A DNA stretch of 64,000 nt from Raillietiella orientalis (lineage: Eukaryota), in contig JAYWIR010000004.1 in the NCBI GenBank assembly GCA_036172245.1, positions 496,001-560,000 of the forward strand, read 5' to 3'. Below, one piece after another: positions 62,800-64,000 of this stretch (position 1 is its first letter; each line of letters opens with the position of its first letter). A program made the translations under genes and the position numbers. The notes below the pieces were generated by a model. The model was not told the DNA's origin. It ran no database searches and saw nothing but the letters and a program-made list of their open reading frames with translations.

Positions 62800-64000
62800 G
62801 TTACTCTCGAAACAGGGGATGAGGTGTGCCGGTAGGAAGACTGCAAGAGAGTTTTCCTCATTTTGGAGAAGGTGGTTCTGACTAGTGGACTCGAACACCA
62901 CCGTCTTGAGCCCCTTTCCCCTTTTCCATGCCTAGGAAACCCACTAGGGGATTTCCTAGGCATGGAGGGCTCCTCCTCCCCGAATTCTCGGAAAGCATCA
63001 CCATCTTTATGAGTAGGAGTATCATTTCTGCATCCGGTTTACTCTTCCATGCTCATGCTTGGAATTCATATGTTTGAACATGTCGGCGCGAGGCAAGTTC
63101 TTTGCTTCCAGACCAGGACGCCCGCACACCTGAAAGGAGCCATGCCTTTCTTTTTGCAGACGAGCACGTGGCTGTGCTCGAATGCAGGGCTCTCCAGAGC
63201 AGATGGGGACTGCGTCGGCGGGATAGAGCGAACTTCCGCCCCCTGGACGCTTAGGGAAGTAGGCGAAACTTCACTGCAGCGCTTACGGGGACCGGAAAGC
63301 ACGGCGGCCGTCGAGGAACCGGGCATGCGAGAACGAGGTGATGCCAAAGGTGCGCACCTGCCGATGCATGGAAAGGGGAGAGGATGGAAACTTCACACCA
63401 CCGGAAGCAAACACACTCTGAAAGCAAGTCCTTCTTCGGTGAGCAGTTAAGGCCTGCATCCGATGCTAACGGCAAATTTATCTTATCTGAACGAGTATAA
63501 TATTTATGCCTCTCTGTAGTAAAGGTTTTTCTTCTCATGGTTCCTTTGTTTATCTTATTTTAATCAAGATTGTACCATCGTCACGATTTCCAGCCACGCG
63601 ATCGGTGCTGTGCGGAATACTCTGGCTTGAAGGGTATGACCATTCCAAGATTAAGATTTGAAGGCTATCCCTGCATCAAACTGCTCTTCCGTATTCTAGT
63701 CTCCAGGATTTTGGAAAACAGGAAGGAAGGAACGCGTCCGGATGGCAGCCGCAGCGTGCGTCGCCTTCCTTCATTCGCTCGCTGGGATCATGCCCCGAGC
63801 GCTGAGCTGTTTCCATGGTTCCGTGTTGCCAAGGAGCACAAACAAGAATGGGTGGGGTCTCATGTCACCCAGCGGCTCAGCCGAACCGGATGGCTCCAGT
63901 AGATGCCTGATGAGTCCGAGAAATGTCCCCACTAGCGCGGTCTCTTATGGGCCCCACCGAGTCCCAGTTATTCCGTACCTTCGATTCTCCGTTCTCTCCC
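62800..64000 (+). pseudogene. Possible decayed IR-like gene (5' half, runs off the window)
   Basis: RFEGYPCIKLLFRILVSRI...RPDGS (S1-like, ~63655-63750). Confidence 0.35.
62925..62966. repeat. Perfect 15-bp stem hairpin
   Basis: TCCATGCCTAGGAAA, a 12-nt loop, then TTTCCTAGGCATGGA. Confidence 0.85.

Noticed and set aside
1..64000. CRISPR arrays, rRNA, tRNA or prokaryotic operons
   Set aside because: No regularly spaced repeats or recognisable RNA gene folds were found, and the genes are spliceosomal and eukaryotic.

Overview
Eukaryotic, most likely arthropod, genomic DNA. Three intact spliced genes can be assembled by hand. The first is a class-A (rhodopsin-type) GPCR resembling GPR161 on the + strand (exons ~14515/14755-14912 and 19464-20460). 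The other two are tandem Tret1/GLUT8-like sugar-porter (MFS) paralogues on the - strand with matching exon structure: gene A (59941/59893-59758, 53857-53234, 47571-46913) and gene B (45287-45204, 45136-45001, 43268-42645, 41612-40966). Gene A needs a GC-AG intron. Its central 624-nt exon is flanked by an 846-bp, almost perfect inverted repeat (49943-50788 / 55232-56077). The main unexpected signal is in the apparently non-coding DNA, both intergenic and intronic. Much of it reads as about 20 frameshifted ~2-kb relics, in both orientations, carrying ionotropic-receptor (IR/iGluR-family) motifs in the correct order and spacing (S1, pre-M1, M2/M3, S2, M4). No intact IR ORF is present. These relic calls were made by eye, their boundaries are approximate, and they need frameshift-aware HMM confirmation.
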